Positions 9,472-21,107 of a stretch of 64,000 bases of DNA are shown in pieces; positions within the stretch are counted from its first letter, which is position 1, and each line of letters starts with the position of its first letter. A model generated the notes under the pieces. That model was not told where the DNA came from, did not search any database, and saw only the letters and a program-made list of their open reading frames with translations. Location: the NCBI GenBank assembly GCA_020184695.1, contig JAANOX010000191.1:124001-188000 (forward strand), written 5' to 3'. Both the position numbers and the translations under genes were made by a program. This DNA comes from Histomonas meleagridis 2922-C6/04-290x. Lineage: Eukaryota > Protista > Parabasalia.

Positions 9472-12432
9472 CTAAGACAAGAAATCTTCCATTCCTTCTG
9501 TATTCATAGCAGCGTTCAAATTCTTTTGATTCATTTGATCTATTTCAGCGTTTTCTGTTCTATACAAGTCTGGGTCGGTTGCGTTAAATTGTCTTGTTGA
9601 TACCAAGAAATCTCTTACGAATCTTCTGAATTGCATTTTATCATTTGACGTTGAAATCAAAGCGCAAATGAATTGGAATATTTCATTAGGATCTCTTTGT
9701 GGGAATAATCCCAAAATACATTTTGTAATATTTTCTGGGTTTAAATGAGGTGTTTGTATTGATAATAACATTGACAACAAGTTAATTTGTTCTTCGAAAG
9801 CGAATTTATGTATCGTATCGATCATTGTTTCGAACAAATGGAATATAATGATTAAATAATATTGATCCAAGAACTCTCCATATACCTGTGTATGACTCAT
9901 TTGTTTTAATAAATCGGAAGTAATATTAATAGATAATGTACATACTTCATGTGTTGGATGACTAACTCCCCAATTAATAGTTTGGATTAATATATTAAAT
10001 ACTTCTGCTGGTGCTGATATGATTATATTCATTGAGTTCTTTATCATTACTGATAAAAATTGATAAAATGGTAACCTAAATGATACATTTTGATCAAAAT
10101 CATTATTAATCATCATAACTGTTTGTTGGAAGACTGAATCAAATATTTGTGGTACATAATTACGAATAATATCTGGTATAGTATTAAATAATACTGTTAA
10201 TAATTGTAAAACTTCACTAACTCGTTGTTCTGGATGTGAATTCCCATATTCTAAAACAATGACATTCATGATATCAGGCATTAATTGACTTGCAACTAAT
10301 GAAACATTATGTGTCTTATTAAAGAAATTCTTAATTAACGTTAATACTGCACTACGTACTGCTTTAATGATACGAAATTCATCATAACGACGTTGTTGAA
10401 TATACATTGGTAATACTTGTGAATAACTTGAATAAACATTAATGATTTGTGGAAACATAATTTTCATTTGTTCATGATATGATTTACCTAAGTTTAAAGC
10501 AATTGTTGCATTACATTGTAATAAAAACGCTATTTCTTGTGCTAATAATATGTTTTGTGGATTAAATGAAGCCATACATTGATCCCAACGTTCATTAAAG
10601 AATTGTAAAAAGTCATGAAGTTGTTCTAATTTAGTTTGTTCCTTATAATTTCCTTGAATTAAAATAGATATTGCATCAATAAATACTAATTGTAAATCAG
10701 GACTTAAATCGGAAGCTATTTGTGGGAAGTTTTGATATATTCCATATACAAATTGGACATCACTTAAGAATTGTTTTCGACATTTAGATGCAATAGTTCG
10801 GAAACTATTTACGGCCATTTCTTTAACACCTTCTACATCTTGATGCATGAATTCAAATAACTTCTCAACTACTGTATGAATGAAATCTGGATGCTTACTT
10901 AAGAATCGTGGATATTGTGAACATATATACATAATTCCAGATGCGATAATCGCACGATTATTAGGATCGGGCATTCGTGAACACATATCTAATAAAACTA
11001 ATAAAATATGTGATACAAATTTCCGTTCTAATTCAAGTGAAAATGTACATGTAATAGCTCCAACACTCCAACAAATACTATTACAGACATCTGGATCCCA
11101 TTGTTGTCCTAACATACTTAATCGTTCTTCAATGGCTTGGATGGTATCATTATTATCTAAATTAGTTAAAAATACTAAACATTCTTTCATTATCGCATGT
11201 AACATTAATGTTAATGTATTACGTTGTTGTTCTCGAACATATTGTCCCGTTTCATCTTTAACTATAATGATTTCTTCGGGTCGTTGCATGCGTTGGATTA
11301 AGATGCGGCGGACATGTGGCATAAATGGTAAATAAATAGTGGATATAGCTGATGGTGCAATGTTATTTCGTTCATTAAATGAACGTCGTGCTATAGCTAA
11401 CCAAAATTCACAACATGTCTTTAAGGTATCATCATCATCTAATATACTCATTAAACAAAACCATTGAAGAACTCGTTGGATATAGCCAACATTATCTGGC
11501 GTTTCAACATATGATCCAAATTTATCAAGAAAGACCGTTAAGGTAAAGGGGAGAACGTTTATAAACCGTTTTTGGGTTTGTAATAATTCATTAAAATCAA
11601 TGCCTTCAGGAAGAAGTGGATCTAAGGCTTGAACCATTAAAAGAAATACTTGTGGAGCAATTTTACAAAAATCTTGTGGTAAATCATTTAATGAAAAAAC
11701 TTCTCCTATTAAGAATAATACTTCAGTAACAAAATCTTGTTGTGGTAAAAACATCCTACAAAGCTGTTGGAATAACTGAGTGCCAATAATTTGCATTGGT
11801 GGTATCCATTTAATAAAATATTGTAATGTCTTTAAACATTTTAATATGATTTCTCGATCCTGGGAATTTGTCATAACAACTTCAACAAACGAAAAAACGT
11901 TTTGAGCATGTTCTTGAAGTGAAGCAGCAAGTTGATTTGATCTTGCATATGTTAATGTTTCTTCTGTATCTTCTAGTGATTCTTGACAAAATAGGTTAAT
12001 GATATCTAAGCTATTAGAACAAAGTAAAGGCGTTGTTGAGCCGTTCATTAAGTCTTCAATAATTGTTGGAAAATTAGAAGGCCATTCTTGAATAAGTAGA
12101 TAAACAAATGCCATGTTCATTTGTGTAAGGATCGTTTGATCAAATCCTTCTTGAGATGAATAAGAATGAACCATATTCATAATATAGCCACGAATGTTTT
12201 GTTTTTCACCTTCTTGAACTTGTCCCCATCGTTTCCTTATTAAATCCTGTAGTGTTTGTATAGCGATAAATTTTAATATTGGAGGTGTTTCTTGAGCTGA
12301 AATAATTTGTGGCGACAATTGATAAGAAGTTGGGTTCTGTTTAAAATTATCTAGAAATTGTCTAGCGTTATTGCCCACATCTGTTGGGTCGCGAAAATTA
12401 TTTGCGGCGTTTATTAAGTCTTGTAAGCTCAT
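9472..12432 (-). CDS. XPO1: Exportin-1 / CRM1
   Basis: Probable ATG at 12432 (MSLQDL). RMQRPEEIIIVKDETGQYVRE, CWSVGAI and RAIIASGIMYICSQYPRFL...TVVEKLFEFMH...GVKEMA closely match CRM1. Confidence 0.95.
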   Translation of the reverse strand: MSLQDLINAANNFRDPTDVGNNARQFLDNFKQNPTSYQLSPQIISAQETPPILKFIAIQTLQDLIRKRWGQVQEGEKQNIRGYIMNMVHSYSSQEGFDQTILTQMNMAFVYLLIQEWPSNFPTIIEDLMNGSTTPLLCSNSLDIINLFCQESLEDTEETLTYARSNQLAASLQEHAQNVFSFVEVVMTNSQDREIILKCLKTLQYFIKWIPPMQIIGTQLFQQLCRMFLPQQDFVTEVLFLIGEVFSLNDLPQDFCKIAPQVFLLMVQALDPLLPEGIDFNELLQTQKRFINVLPFTLTVFLDKFGSYVETPDNVGYIQRVLQWFCLMSILDDDDTLKTCCEFWLAIARRSFNERNNIAPSAISTIYLPFMPHVRRILIQRMQRPEEIIIVKDETGQYVREQQRNTLTLMLHAIMKECLVFLTNLDNNDTIQAIEERLSMLGQQWDPDVCNSICWSVGAITCTFSLELERKFVSHILLVLLDMCSRMPDPNNRAIIASGIMYICSQYPRFLSKHPDFIHTVVEKLFEFMHQDVEGVKEMAVNSFRTIASKCRKQFLSDVQFVYGIYQNFPQIASDLSPDLQLVFIDAISILIQGNYKEQTKLEQLHDFLQFFNERWDQCMASFNPQNILLAQEIAFLLQCNATIALNLGKSYHEQMKIMFPQIINVYSSYSQVLPMYIQQRRYDEFRIIKAVRSAVLTLIKNFFNKTHNVSLVASQLMPDIMNVIVLEYGNSHPEQRVSEVLQLLTVLFNTIPDIIRNYVPQIFDSVFQQTVMMINNDFDQNVSFRLPFYQFLSVMIKNSMNIIISAPAEVFNILIQTINWGVSHPTHEVCTLSINITSDLLKQMSHTQVYGEFLDQYYLIIIFHLFETMIDTIHKFAFEEQINLLSMLLSIQTPHLNPENITKCILGLFPQRDPNEIFQFICALISTSNDKMQFRRFVRDFLVSTRQFNATDPDLYRTENAEIDQMNQKNLNAAMNTEGMEDFLS

Positions 12433-12547
12433 TATTTTTTGGCAAGGCCAGAATTTGAAACCGAAAAATGGATTGAATTTCAATTCTTTGACAACTTTTT
12501 TTGGGAATTAACAATTTAGAAAAAAAATATATTTATTAATATAAGTT

Positions 12548-14287
12548 TTATCTTGCATACATTGTTCTTTGAATTGTTTCCCTTTTCTTTTGTATTTTCT
12601 GTATGGCACTTAAAGACCTTAATTGCATATGATTGGAATCCTTCCTAAACCTTGTAAGCCTAAATGGCTTGTTCTTTAACTTCTCTTTGTTTGAAAAGCC
12701 GGCTGTTTTCTCTTCCATTCGTGAATGGAAGACATGTTTTTCTGGTTTGCCTTCATTTGCAATTTCAATCTTTTCTTCTTTAGAAGTTTTATGAACTTTA
12801 GAACCTTCTAAAAGTTGTTCTTCATCAACATCTTCAAGAACTCCTTCTTCCTTTTCTTCATCACCTTCAAGTTCACGTCCTTTCTTTAATTGTTCGAATT
12901 CTTCTTGTGTGATTGGTCGCTCCATATCAATTCCTTCTGCTCCTTTGATTCCTGTATGAACTACTGTAGCTCCATATGGTAATGCTTCTTTAGTTTCAGT
13001 TTCATTTGGCTTTCCTCGTTCTCGTTTTGGTAATATATCTGGCATAACTTCACGATATAATTGAATAAGACTACGTGCAGCCATTACAACACCTTTAACA
13101 TTAGATTTTTTATACATGGCTAAATCTGATATTAATGTTTCTGTCATACCATGTGGATTACGTGCACATATTTCTCGTATAGTATTAAGACCAACTACAA
13201 TTATTTCTTCATCAAGATGATCTGCTACAAATTGGTTCGCAAGATATCGAATAAGATCAGTTAATGTGTCAGGATTAGTAAGTTGATGAACAGATGATGC
13301 TACAATTGCAAGTAATCGTGTGATTTCATCATATGAAGGACGTAAAAATCGTTGTACCCAATTATAATATTGATCGAAATCAAGTTGAAAAGTATTGATA
13401 ACTTTAGATAAAAGTGACAGTGCTCTAAGTTGTGATTCACGTGATTTAAAAACTTTTCCATTAGATGGCGCTGAAAGAAGACGGAAAAGAATAATAGAAA
13501 ACTTATGTGGATCATCAATGAATGAAATAACTTGTACAGGATTGGATGGAATTGGTTGTCTCATCTTCTTAACTTTTTCAAGTTTATTTGTACGACTATT
13601 AGTTTTACGACTAACCTTAAGTTTAAGTTCGGCTTTACGACGTTCTTCATCAATATCTACTTCTGGTTTAGTTTGTGGAATATATGGATCAAGGAAAAAT
13701 GAGACGACTGTATTAGTGATACGTGGATCACTACTATTAAGACAACGTGCAATGAAGTTGATGGTTTTAAGATCTTCAACATTTTCTTTATGGAAAATAT
13801 CAACAATTAATTGAAGAACTTTAAAAGCTATACGACCATCGTATTCAGTAGAAACAAATTTCTGTAATTCATGTTTTGTTTGATTAGTTTGATGGAATGG
13901 AATTTTAAGAAAGAAATGACCATATATTGAACGTCGAACAATTTTATCATTAATTTTAAAAAGAGGTATTAATACGTTAAAACATTTGATGGTCCCAATT
14001 ACACCTTTATTATGAAGAACTGTTATTGCTTGAACAAGTTGAATTCGTACATCATGTGGAATTGATTCTGTATGAGTACTGACAAAGTCGCATAATTTTT
14101 GTGCAAATTCCGATGCAAAGCTATGATAATGAATAATATGTGAAAGATCATATAACAATTTAATAAATCTTTTGTTAATTTCTTTTGGTTGATCTACATA
14201 TAAAGCAAGCAATGATGAGAACTCATCATATGCTTGACGAATTTCTTCAACATGGTTTTGAGGGTCAATAAAAACAAAATCCTGCAT
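12548..14287 (-). CDS. SDA1: SDA1 60S ribosome biogenesis/export factor
   Basis: N-terminal QDFVFIDPQNHVEE; central VVGLNTIREICARNPHGM...DLAMYKKSNVKGVVMAARSLIQLYREVMPDILPKRERGKP; C-terminal FSNKEKLKNKPF. First ATG at 14287; the frame is open to 14323. Confidence 0.92.
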   Translation of the reverse strand: MQDFVFIDPQNHVEEIRQAYDEFSSLLALYVDQPKEINKRFIKLLYDLSHIIHYHSFASEFAQKLCDFVSTHTESIPHDVRIQLVQAITVLHNKGVIGTIKCFNVLIPLFKINDKIVRRSIYGHFFLKIPFHQTNQTKHELQKFVSTEYDGRIAFKVLQLIVDIFHKENVEDLKTINFIARCLNSSDPRITNTVVSFFLDPYIPQTKPEVDIDEERRKAELKLKVSRKTNSRTNKLEKVKKMRQPIPSNPVQVISFIDDPHKFSIILFRLLSAPSNGKVFKSRESQLRALSLLSKVINTFQLDFDQYYNWVQRFLRPSYDEITRLLAIVASSVHQLTNPDTLTDLIRYLANQFVADHLDEEIIVVGLNTIREICARNPHGMTETLISDLAMYKKSNVKGVVMAARSLIQLYREVMPDILPKRERGKPNETETKEALPYGATVVHTGIKGAEGIDMERPITQEEFEQLKKGRELEGDEEKEEGVLEDVDEEQLLEGSKVHKTSKEEKIEIANEGKPEKHVFHSRMEEKTAGFSNKEKLKNKPFRLTRFRKDSNHMQLRSLSAIQKIQKKRETIQRTMYAR

Positions 14288-14356
14288 CGCAATCTTTTGG
14301 TCGTCCAAACCCCCATAATTCACTTTATTTTAATCGTTATAAAATTTTGAGGTAGA

Positions 14357-14364
14357 AAAGTGAC
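14357..14364 (+). promoter_or_regulatory. AAAGTGAC motif in the roughly 110-bp divergent promoter between SDA1 and the spastizin-like gene
   Basis: Exact octamer 36 nt upstream of the ATG at 14401. Confidence 0.45.
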
Positions 14365-14400
14365 ATTACACTAATTGTAATTTACCGTTTTATTCCCAAA

Positions 14401-17400
14401 ATGGAAAAATGTTTATTAAGCTTTTTCCAAAAAGAAAAAATGTATCAAGAAGAAATGGTTCGTTGTTTGTTTATTGGTGAAACATTTCCTGCATTACTTT
14501 TAGCAAGAGCTTTTGATTCATATTTTTTATTAGAAACAATTTCTTGTCTTGGACCACCAGAAGAATATAAAACAATTCTTAATAACCACCCATATTATAT
14601 TATTCAATGGATTGCTAAAACAATTCAAGTTGAAATTTATAATTGTCCATGTTCATTAAATCAATATTTTTATTTAGACATTTTAAAAGAATTACCAATC
14701 GACAAACTAGCATCAGTATATGCAACACTTACAATAGATATTCCAAAAATTCCAAATTCAGTTGCGATAATGTTTGTCAAATGTCTTTTTTTATTTCAAA
14801 ATTCTTTCCCAGCATTATTTACAGCATTAGAACCCACAATAAATCAAACTCTTTCTAAGCTTGATTCCAAAATATTATTTGAACATTTTGGATTACATTT
14901 ATTTGAAGTTTATCATGAGATTAACAAAGAATCTGTACAATATTTTCCATTTGATCTCTTAACTCCCAAAACACTTAAGCCATTTCTAAATGAACTTATC
15001 CAATTAAAAAATGATGATACAATATCATCATTACAAAGATTAATATCATTTGCAGAATCGACATATTTTCAAAAGAAAACTCCACTTTTTCAGGTCACGT
15101 TCAATTTTGATAGCTTTATTTTAACGAATGAATCCATTTCAAAATCCACGCATTTTTTAAATACTATATTAACTAAAGCAAAATTTGATATTACTCATCA
15201 TCAATTTAAAGCTACTGAATATCAACCAATTCCAATGGAAATTTTGTCTATATCTTTTTTATCTAGTTTTGATCAACTTTATAATTCATATTTTTTTCCT
15301 ATATATTTAAACATGTTTTTAGAAGTTGATTGTATTTATGTATTTAAAGATTTCTTCCAACGATTAAAGAATGATGAATATATCACTGATTTTATATATC
15401 AAACAGTTGGCTGTAAAATATCAGAAACAGATATATATCAAACATCAATACCAAAACATTTATTACAAATAATACCACAAATGAACATAATGAGTTGTGA
15501 ACCATTTTTTAACAAAAGATATTATATTATTAGTGATGATGAATTACAAAACTCAAAATATTTTATATATTCCACAAAATTATTATTTCAAATTATAATA
15601 TTTATAATTTCCGATGAAATTAATGAGAATTTAATTGATGAAAGTTTTGATTTATTAATGGGTATAAAAGACTTTAAATATTATTCACAAATAATCATTG
15701 ATATATTTTCGTTAATTTTTTTAACAGATTCAAATGGGAATTATTTATGTTCAATCTCAAAATTACATTATATTCTTGATTTAATATCAAATTCATTTCC
15801 AAATCGGAAAATATTTCGTGCTGCAAATTATCATATGATATATGCACGACTTAGAAACATCGAAAATATAAAACAAACATTAATTACAAACCAAGAAATA
15901 TTAACAAATTTAATTAAAGATGGACAATGTGAAGCAGCTTATTCATTAACAGGTAAAAATCAACATATGCATGAATTATTACAACTTTTAGTTGCAATTA
16001 AACAACAATCGGATGAAAATGTTAATAAAGTTTCATATTCAATAGAATTATATTTATCGAAAGGAATCGAATCAAAAAATATATTTCAAATTAAAGAGAA
16101 AAAATGTTTTTCAGAATTAATTGATAATTTTATTATAAAAATTATTAATGAACATCAAAAATATAAAAACCCAATTATATTTAATAAGATACAACAAAAT
16201 TTAATACATTATGGTGACTTTCAAAATTATCAAAAATTATATAAAATGTTCTTAAAAGAAGCAAAAATTTCCGATTCTAAAAGACTTGAACCAATTGAAA
16301 TAATTAATTTGATTAAAAATAATTCGAATTTTTCTAATTATAAATCATTAACTACTTTATTAGGACAAAATGCAATCGAATTAATTTTATCTTATTCATG
16401 TGATTTTAATGAGAATTTATATAATATAATTAAAGAACAATCAGAAATTACTGCGTTAGCAATGTTATATGAGAAAAATGAATTTGAAAAATTTGAAAAA
16501 ACAATTCCAAAAATTTATTATAAATATTTAAATAACAAATTAAATAAAAATAAAAATAATTTCGAAGAAATTAATCGAAATGAATTCATAAAAGAAATGG
16601 AAAAGTCATTAAAATCAAATAATATAGACATTGATTTAATTAATGATTTATATTTTTTAAATCCAGAATTACATTTTTCATGTGTTTTAAATAACATTAA
16701 TCAATTAACAATATCACAACTTATACAAATTTATCCTTTTTGTAATAAAAAGTCATTATATGAATTAAATGATTATAAAAGTAAAATATCATTTGAAGAA
16801 ATAATTTCATTTTTAATAACCAATAATAAATGGTCAATTTTAACTGGTTTCATAAATGATTTTAATAATAATAATATCATAATAAAAATATTACAAAATT
16901 ATATTAATCAACATCAAGAAATTCATGAATTTATACCTTTAAACATACAAAAATATGTAAAGTTTGTTAAAAAGCCTCAAAAAAGAATTCGAATTCCAAA
17001 TGTTAATAACATATCACAAAAGCTTAATAGCTTTAATAACATATTTTTATTTTTTAAAAATAATGAACAAAACATTGATTCTGCTGATATAATAATAGAA
17101 GCAGTATCTAAAGTAGTTTCTTCTTGTAATATAAATTCGATATTTTTGGAAGATTTCGTCTTGAGTAATATCAAAAAATTATATTTAATTTTTTCCGATT
17201 TTTTACCAAATAGTTCATTCACATCACAATTAAAAACTGTTTTGTCGTTCTTAAATTTAATGACTTTCTCACATTTTAAAGAAGAAATTTCTTTTTCAAC
17301 ATTTCCTTCTCAAACATTCGGTAAAAGAATGGCTAAAATTTCTTTGAAATTTGATTATTATCAACAAATGTTAGATTTTTGTACTGCTTGGCTATTAGAC

Positions 17401-18672
17401 GTTTCTTCGTTTACAGTTTTAAGCGCTTTAAATGCTTTTTCAATAGGGTTCCTTAATTCTGGAAAATCATTAATTATTTGTTCTGCAAATCATCAAGTTC
17501 AACCTAAAATAGTGAATACACTCATCGACCGTTTAAGTTTTCAATTACCTTTCAATATAGGGTACCCCGAAACCGATACAAATGATTTTGGTAAACTTAT
17601 CAAATTCATGTATCGAATGCCATCATTCCAAAATAGAGTTAGAAAAATTATAAAACAATATTGTGGGATTACTTATAATTCCCCTCAAATTAGTACACTT
17701 CAAAAATGTTTAGTTTCACTTGGTGAAACAACACAATTAATATCATTTTGTTCAAAAATGGGTAACTTCGAAGAAGCTTTCGCCGCTTGGAATACAATAC
17801 CAAGACAACAAGTTAAAAAGGAACAATTTGTTTTTTCAATTGCTTGTCAAGCAATTTCAACAAATAATTGGAATAGTTTCCTTCAAAAGCTTAAAAAAGA
17901 TTATTCTCAACAAGATAATTATCTTGATCCATTTATCAAAAGTTTTATCATGTTCCTTAAACAAAATAAAATGACACAAATATTATATGGAGTTCAAATG
18001 AAATTAGGTGATTATCCAGATGCATATTCTGTTGCTTTCCAATCTTTTCTTGAAGCAGATAGTTGGATGAAAAAGTTACATTTCATCAAATTCATGAGAG
18101 ATCCAATTCTTAAAGATCCAACACTTTCACATAACCTAGATCGAGTCAATCTTCAAGAAAAGATCATCAAATCTTTTATTTCCAAGAAAATACCATTTAA
18201 AAGTGATTGTGATATATTTTCATCTAAGGAAGCCGCCATTAATACTGGTCTTCTTTTATTTAAGATTAATGAGTTTGAGCTTGCAATGAGTTTAATTGAT
18301 ATTGCTGTGTGTAATATCCAGGAATTGTGTCATAGCCTGCTTGATGACTGTATGAAACAAACGGGCGCTTTACAACGGTTTTGTAAGACGATACAAAGCC
18401 TTGAGATTCAAACTTATGAGATTATTATAATGAGTTTATTTCAAGCAATTCAGACAAGAATATCTGATACTGCTTCACTTAGGAGTTTTATAGATGTGAA
18501 TGTTAGAAATGATTTTAAAGGTTACGTATATTTAACTTTTGATTTTTTAGAAGAAGCTTTTGAAACTGCGAAAAAAACTAAGGATAAAAACTTATTTAAA
18601 ATGATTTATGATGTAGCACAAGGAAAAGGAAAAACAACTATAGTTGCGAAATGTAAAAGATATATAAAATAA
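14401..18672 (+). CDS. Large helical protein with ZFYVE26/spastizin (SPG15)-like C-terminal region
   Basis: 1423 aa. FDYYQQ...LDV, LGETTQLISFCSKMGNFEEAF and FLKQNKMTQILYGVQMKLGDYPDA resemble, in order, spastizin EYYQL...GLD, AIISFYVRHSCLREAL and HLQKKNYYHILYELQQFMKD (comparison from memory). Confidence 0.55.
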   Translation: MEKCLLSFFQKEKMYQEEMVRCLFIGETFPALLLARAFDSYFLLETISCLGPPEEYKTILNNHPYYIIQWIAKTIQVEIYNCPCSLNQYFYLDILKELPIDKLASVYATLTIDIPKIPNSVAIMFVKCLFLFQNSFPALFTALEPTINQTLSKLDSKILFEHFGLHLFEVYHEINKESVQYFPFDLLTPKTLKPFLNELIQLKNDDTISSLQRLISFAESTYFQKKTPLFQVTFNFDSFILTNESISKSTHFLNTILTKAKFDITHHQFKATEYQPIPMEILSISFLSSFDQLYNSYFFPIYLNMFLEVDCIYVFKDFFQRLKNDEYITDFIYQTVGCKISETDIYQTSIPKHLLQIIPQMNIMSCEPFFNKRYYIISDDELQNSKYFIYSTKLLFQIIIFIISDEINENLIDESFDLLMGIKDFKYYSQIIIDIFSLIFLTDSNGNYLCSISKLHYILDLISNSFPNRKIFRAANYHMIYARLRNIENIKQTLITNQEILTNLIKDGQCEAAYSLTGKNQHMHELLQLLVAIKQQSDENVNKVSYSIELYLSKGIESKNIFQIKEKKCFSELIDNFIIKIINEHQKYKNPIIFNKIQQNLIHYGDFQNYQKLYKMFLKEAKISDSKRLEPIEIINLIKNNSNFSNYKSLTTLLGQNAIELILSYSCDFNENLYNIIKEQSEITALAMLYEKNEFEKFEKTIPKIYYKYLNNKLNKNKNNFEEINRNEFIKEMEKSLKSNNIDIDLINDLYFLNPELHFSCVLNNINQLTISQLIQIYPFCNKKSLYELNDYKSKISFEEIISFLITNNKWSILTGFINDFNNNNIIIKILQNYINQHQEIHEFIPLNIQKYVKFVKKPQKRIRIPNVNNISQKLNSFNNIFLFFKNNEQNIDSADIIIEAVSKVVSSCNINSIFLEDFVLSNIKKLYLIFSDFLPNSSFTSQLKTVLSFLNLMTFSHFKEEISFSTFPSQTFGKRMAKISLKFDYYQQMLDFCTAWLLDVSSFTVLSALNAFSIGFLNSGKSLIICSANHQVQPKIVNTLIDRLSFQLPFNIGYPETDTNDFGKLIKFMYRMPSFQNRVRKIIKQYCGITYNSPQISTLQKCLVSLGETTQLISFCSKMGNFEEAFAAWNTIPRQQVKKEQFVFSIACQAISTNNWNSFLQKLKKDYSQQDNYLDPFIKSFIMFLKQNKMTQILYGVQMKLGDYPDAYSVAFQSFLEADSWMKKLHFIKFMRDPILKDPTLSHNLDRVNLQEKIIKSFISKKIPFKSDCDIFSSKEAAINTGLLLFKINEFELAMSLIDIAVCNIQELCHSLLDDCMKQTGALQRFCKTIQSLEIQTYEIIIMSLFQAIQTRISDTASLRSFIDVNVRNDFKGYVYLTFDFLEEAFETAKKTKDKNLFKMIYDVAQGKGKTTIVAKCKRYIK

Positions 18673-18824
18673 ATGTTTGTTAATGTTCGAAATTTTCTTT
18701 TTTTTATAAATGATAGAACACATAGAAAATATTGAATGGAGCAGTTTCTGTAGAAAACGATCAGTGTCATTCAATTTTGAATAAAGCAACCGACAGTAAA
18801 CGGCACTGAGGTCGTGCCATAGAA

Positions 18825-21107
18825 ATGCAGCCACATGAGTTTGTTCAATTGTTGGAAGCTACACAAGCAGCAAACAACAATATCAGAGATGAGGCTACCC
18901 AAAATATTATGAAACTCAGAGAAACAAATATTGATCTATTTTTAAATCTTTCAGGGGCAGTTATATCTAGCAATTCATTTTCAGATTTATCCCGTAGTGT
19001 AGCTTTAGTTCTTACTTACAGAACCCTTATTTTGATTCAAACAACTAATTCAGCTAAATTTTTAATTCAACAATACAAAGAGTACTTAACATCTTTATTG
19101 GAAATTTGTTATAATCTTTTTTTTACAAATATTGGTGTCCATGCAGCACCATTACTTGCTGAAATTTGTGACATATATTTAGATGATGACTATAACACCA
19201 CAATTATCCAAGAACTTTGTTTGAAAATTCAACCTATATCTGATCTCAAATTCATTGATAATGCTCTTATAGCATTCTATCAAATTACGCAAAATGAATA
19301 TTTATATGATATACAAGCTAAACCGCTTCTTGAAATTGTATGTTCATATCTAGGTGTTGCAGAAATACCTCCTGAAAGCAAAGTACGTTGTGTTTACATT
19401 CTTAGTGAAATGATTAATGATTATATGGAAGCAATAATTGCCAGTCAATTAACGAATGTAATTCTCCAAGCTCTTGGAATTGTTGACCTTAAAGCAGCTG
19501 CATATAAATGTGTTTATGCGTTGGCAAAATATTTTTATGTTGAAGCATTTCAATCTATTTCTGAAAAAGCTATAAACGCAGCACTTACCGATTTAGGGCA
19601 AATTAATGATGATAATCTTCATGATGAAATCTTTGAATTTATACGAGCGATTGCTATATCAGAAAAATTGAATCAAATTAATAATGGAATCATTCAAAAT
19701 TGTCTTCAACCAATTCTTCAAGCATCAATGATGTTAACTGTTAAATTCTTTGATAGTTATGATTACCGATAGATATACAAGTTCATCAATACAACTTTTA
19801 GGTATTTTAGCGAAAAATTTCCACACTAACTTTCTCTAATATATATCTACATAAATGCGGATCAACAAATAAATAATCAAAATGAACAATTCCGTACGCT
19901 TGCATGTATATTTATATTTATTTGTTGTTAGAAACATTGATATTTATGATCCAATAATCCTGTTGAAAGCTTAATACTTAATATATATGAAAAACATGTT
20001 CAGTCACTTAATACTCAAAGTGCATTTAATACCTTAATCAATATTAATTTTTATCCACATATTACTGAATATGTTATATATTTATTACAACTTTTAACAA
20101 CTCCAAATCCGAATTTTTCATATGCAGTTGGCCAAACTATAATACATATGATTGAGCATTTAAAAAATTATAATGAATTGGAAGCACTTATTGCTAATTT
20201 TCATAACTTTTTCATGATGTCATTTCAACAACCTGAATTAAATCGAAACCAAGAAGATATCTTCTCAATATATGCCGAGTTTTGTGTGTTAACTATAATT
20301 GCTATAGAGTCATTCATCCAATTTGTGCATTTGATAAAATATTTAAATCTGCTATTAGAAATGATACTTTTTATAAATGATCCAATGAATAATATTAATA
20401 TTAATTATGCATTTCGTTCACTGACTGATTTTAATGAAAAGAAGATTTCCAATATCACGTTCTTTTCCAATGTTATTTAAACGTATATTAAATATAGTGA
20501 ATACAAGAAGAAATGATTTTAATATTTATTTGTCATTTATAAAAATTAGTACATATATTAGTGGATTTTATTCCGATCAAAATCTCGAAATTCTCTGTAG
20601 ACAAATGATGGAAAATGTTATACTAGAGATCTGATCATAACTTGAAAATTATCCTTTCTTTGTCGATGGGATCGGAATATTAGCGCGCATAAATCTTTAT
20701 TGTTTATATTAGCATTCGAAAAAGTATCAGTTTTTCAAATCCAAATGGATTGGATTCAAGTAAATCCATGGATAGATATGACATGTACATTAATAAATAA
20801 GATTTCGCAATTTGATTTCAGTTTAATTGATGATAATGTTGATGATGATGATGATGATAAACTTGATAAAGACATTTCTATAATTTATGAAACTTTGGTT
20901 TCAGTCTTATATCAGATTAATCAGATTATTAAGATATTCGATGATACAATACAACATATGAATGTGTTTAAGGCATTTTTGGTAAGAGAAGATATCCGAA
21001 ACTTATTGAAAAATTTACATAAAAATTTCCAAAAAAATCAAAATTTAGTTACGGTCTTAAGAGAAATTGGATTTAGCAATGATGAAATAAATATAATGTT
21101 AAATTAG
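18825..21107 (+). pseudogene. Importin-beta/karyopherin-like HEAT protein gene, fragmented in its 3' half
   Basis: The N-terminus (LLEATQAANNNIRDEATQNIMKL...RSVALVL) is IBN_N-like. After the stop at 19772, helical coding-like text continues through several frames and stops (ORFs 20148-20480 and 20700-21107). Confidence 0.55.

Noticed and set aside
19826-19831. ACTAAC branch-point-like hexamer within the broken importin-beta region
   Set aside because: No adjacent AG or intron that repairs the reading frame.
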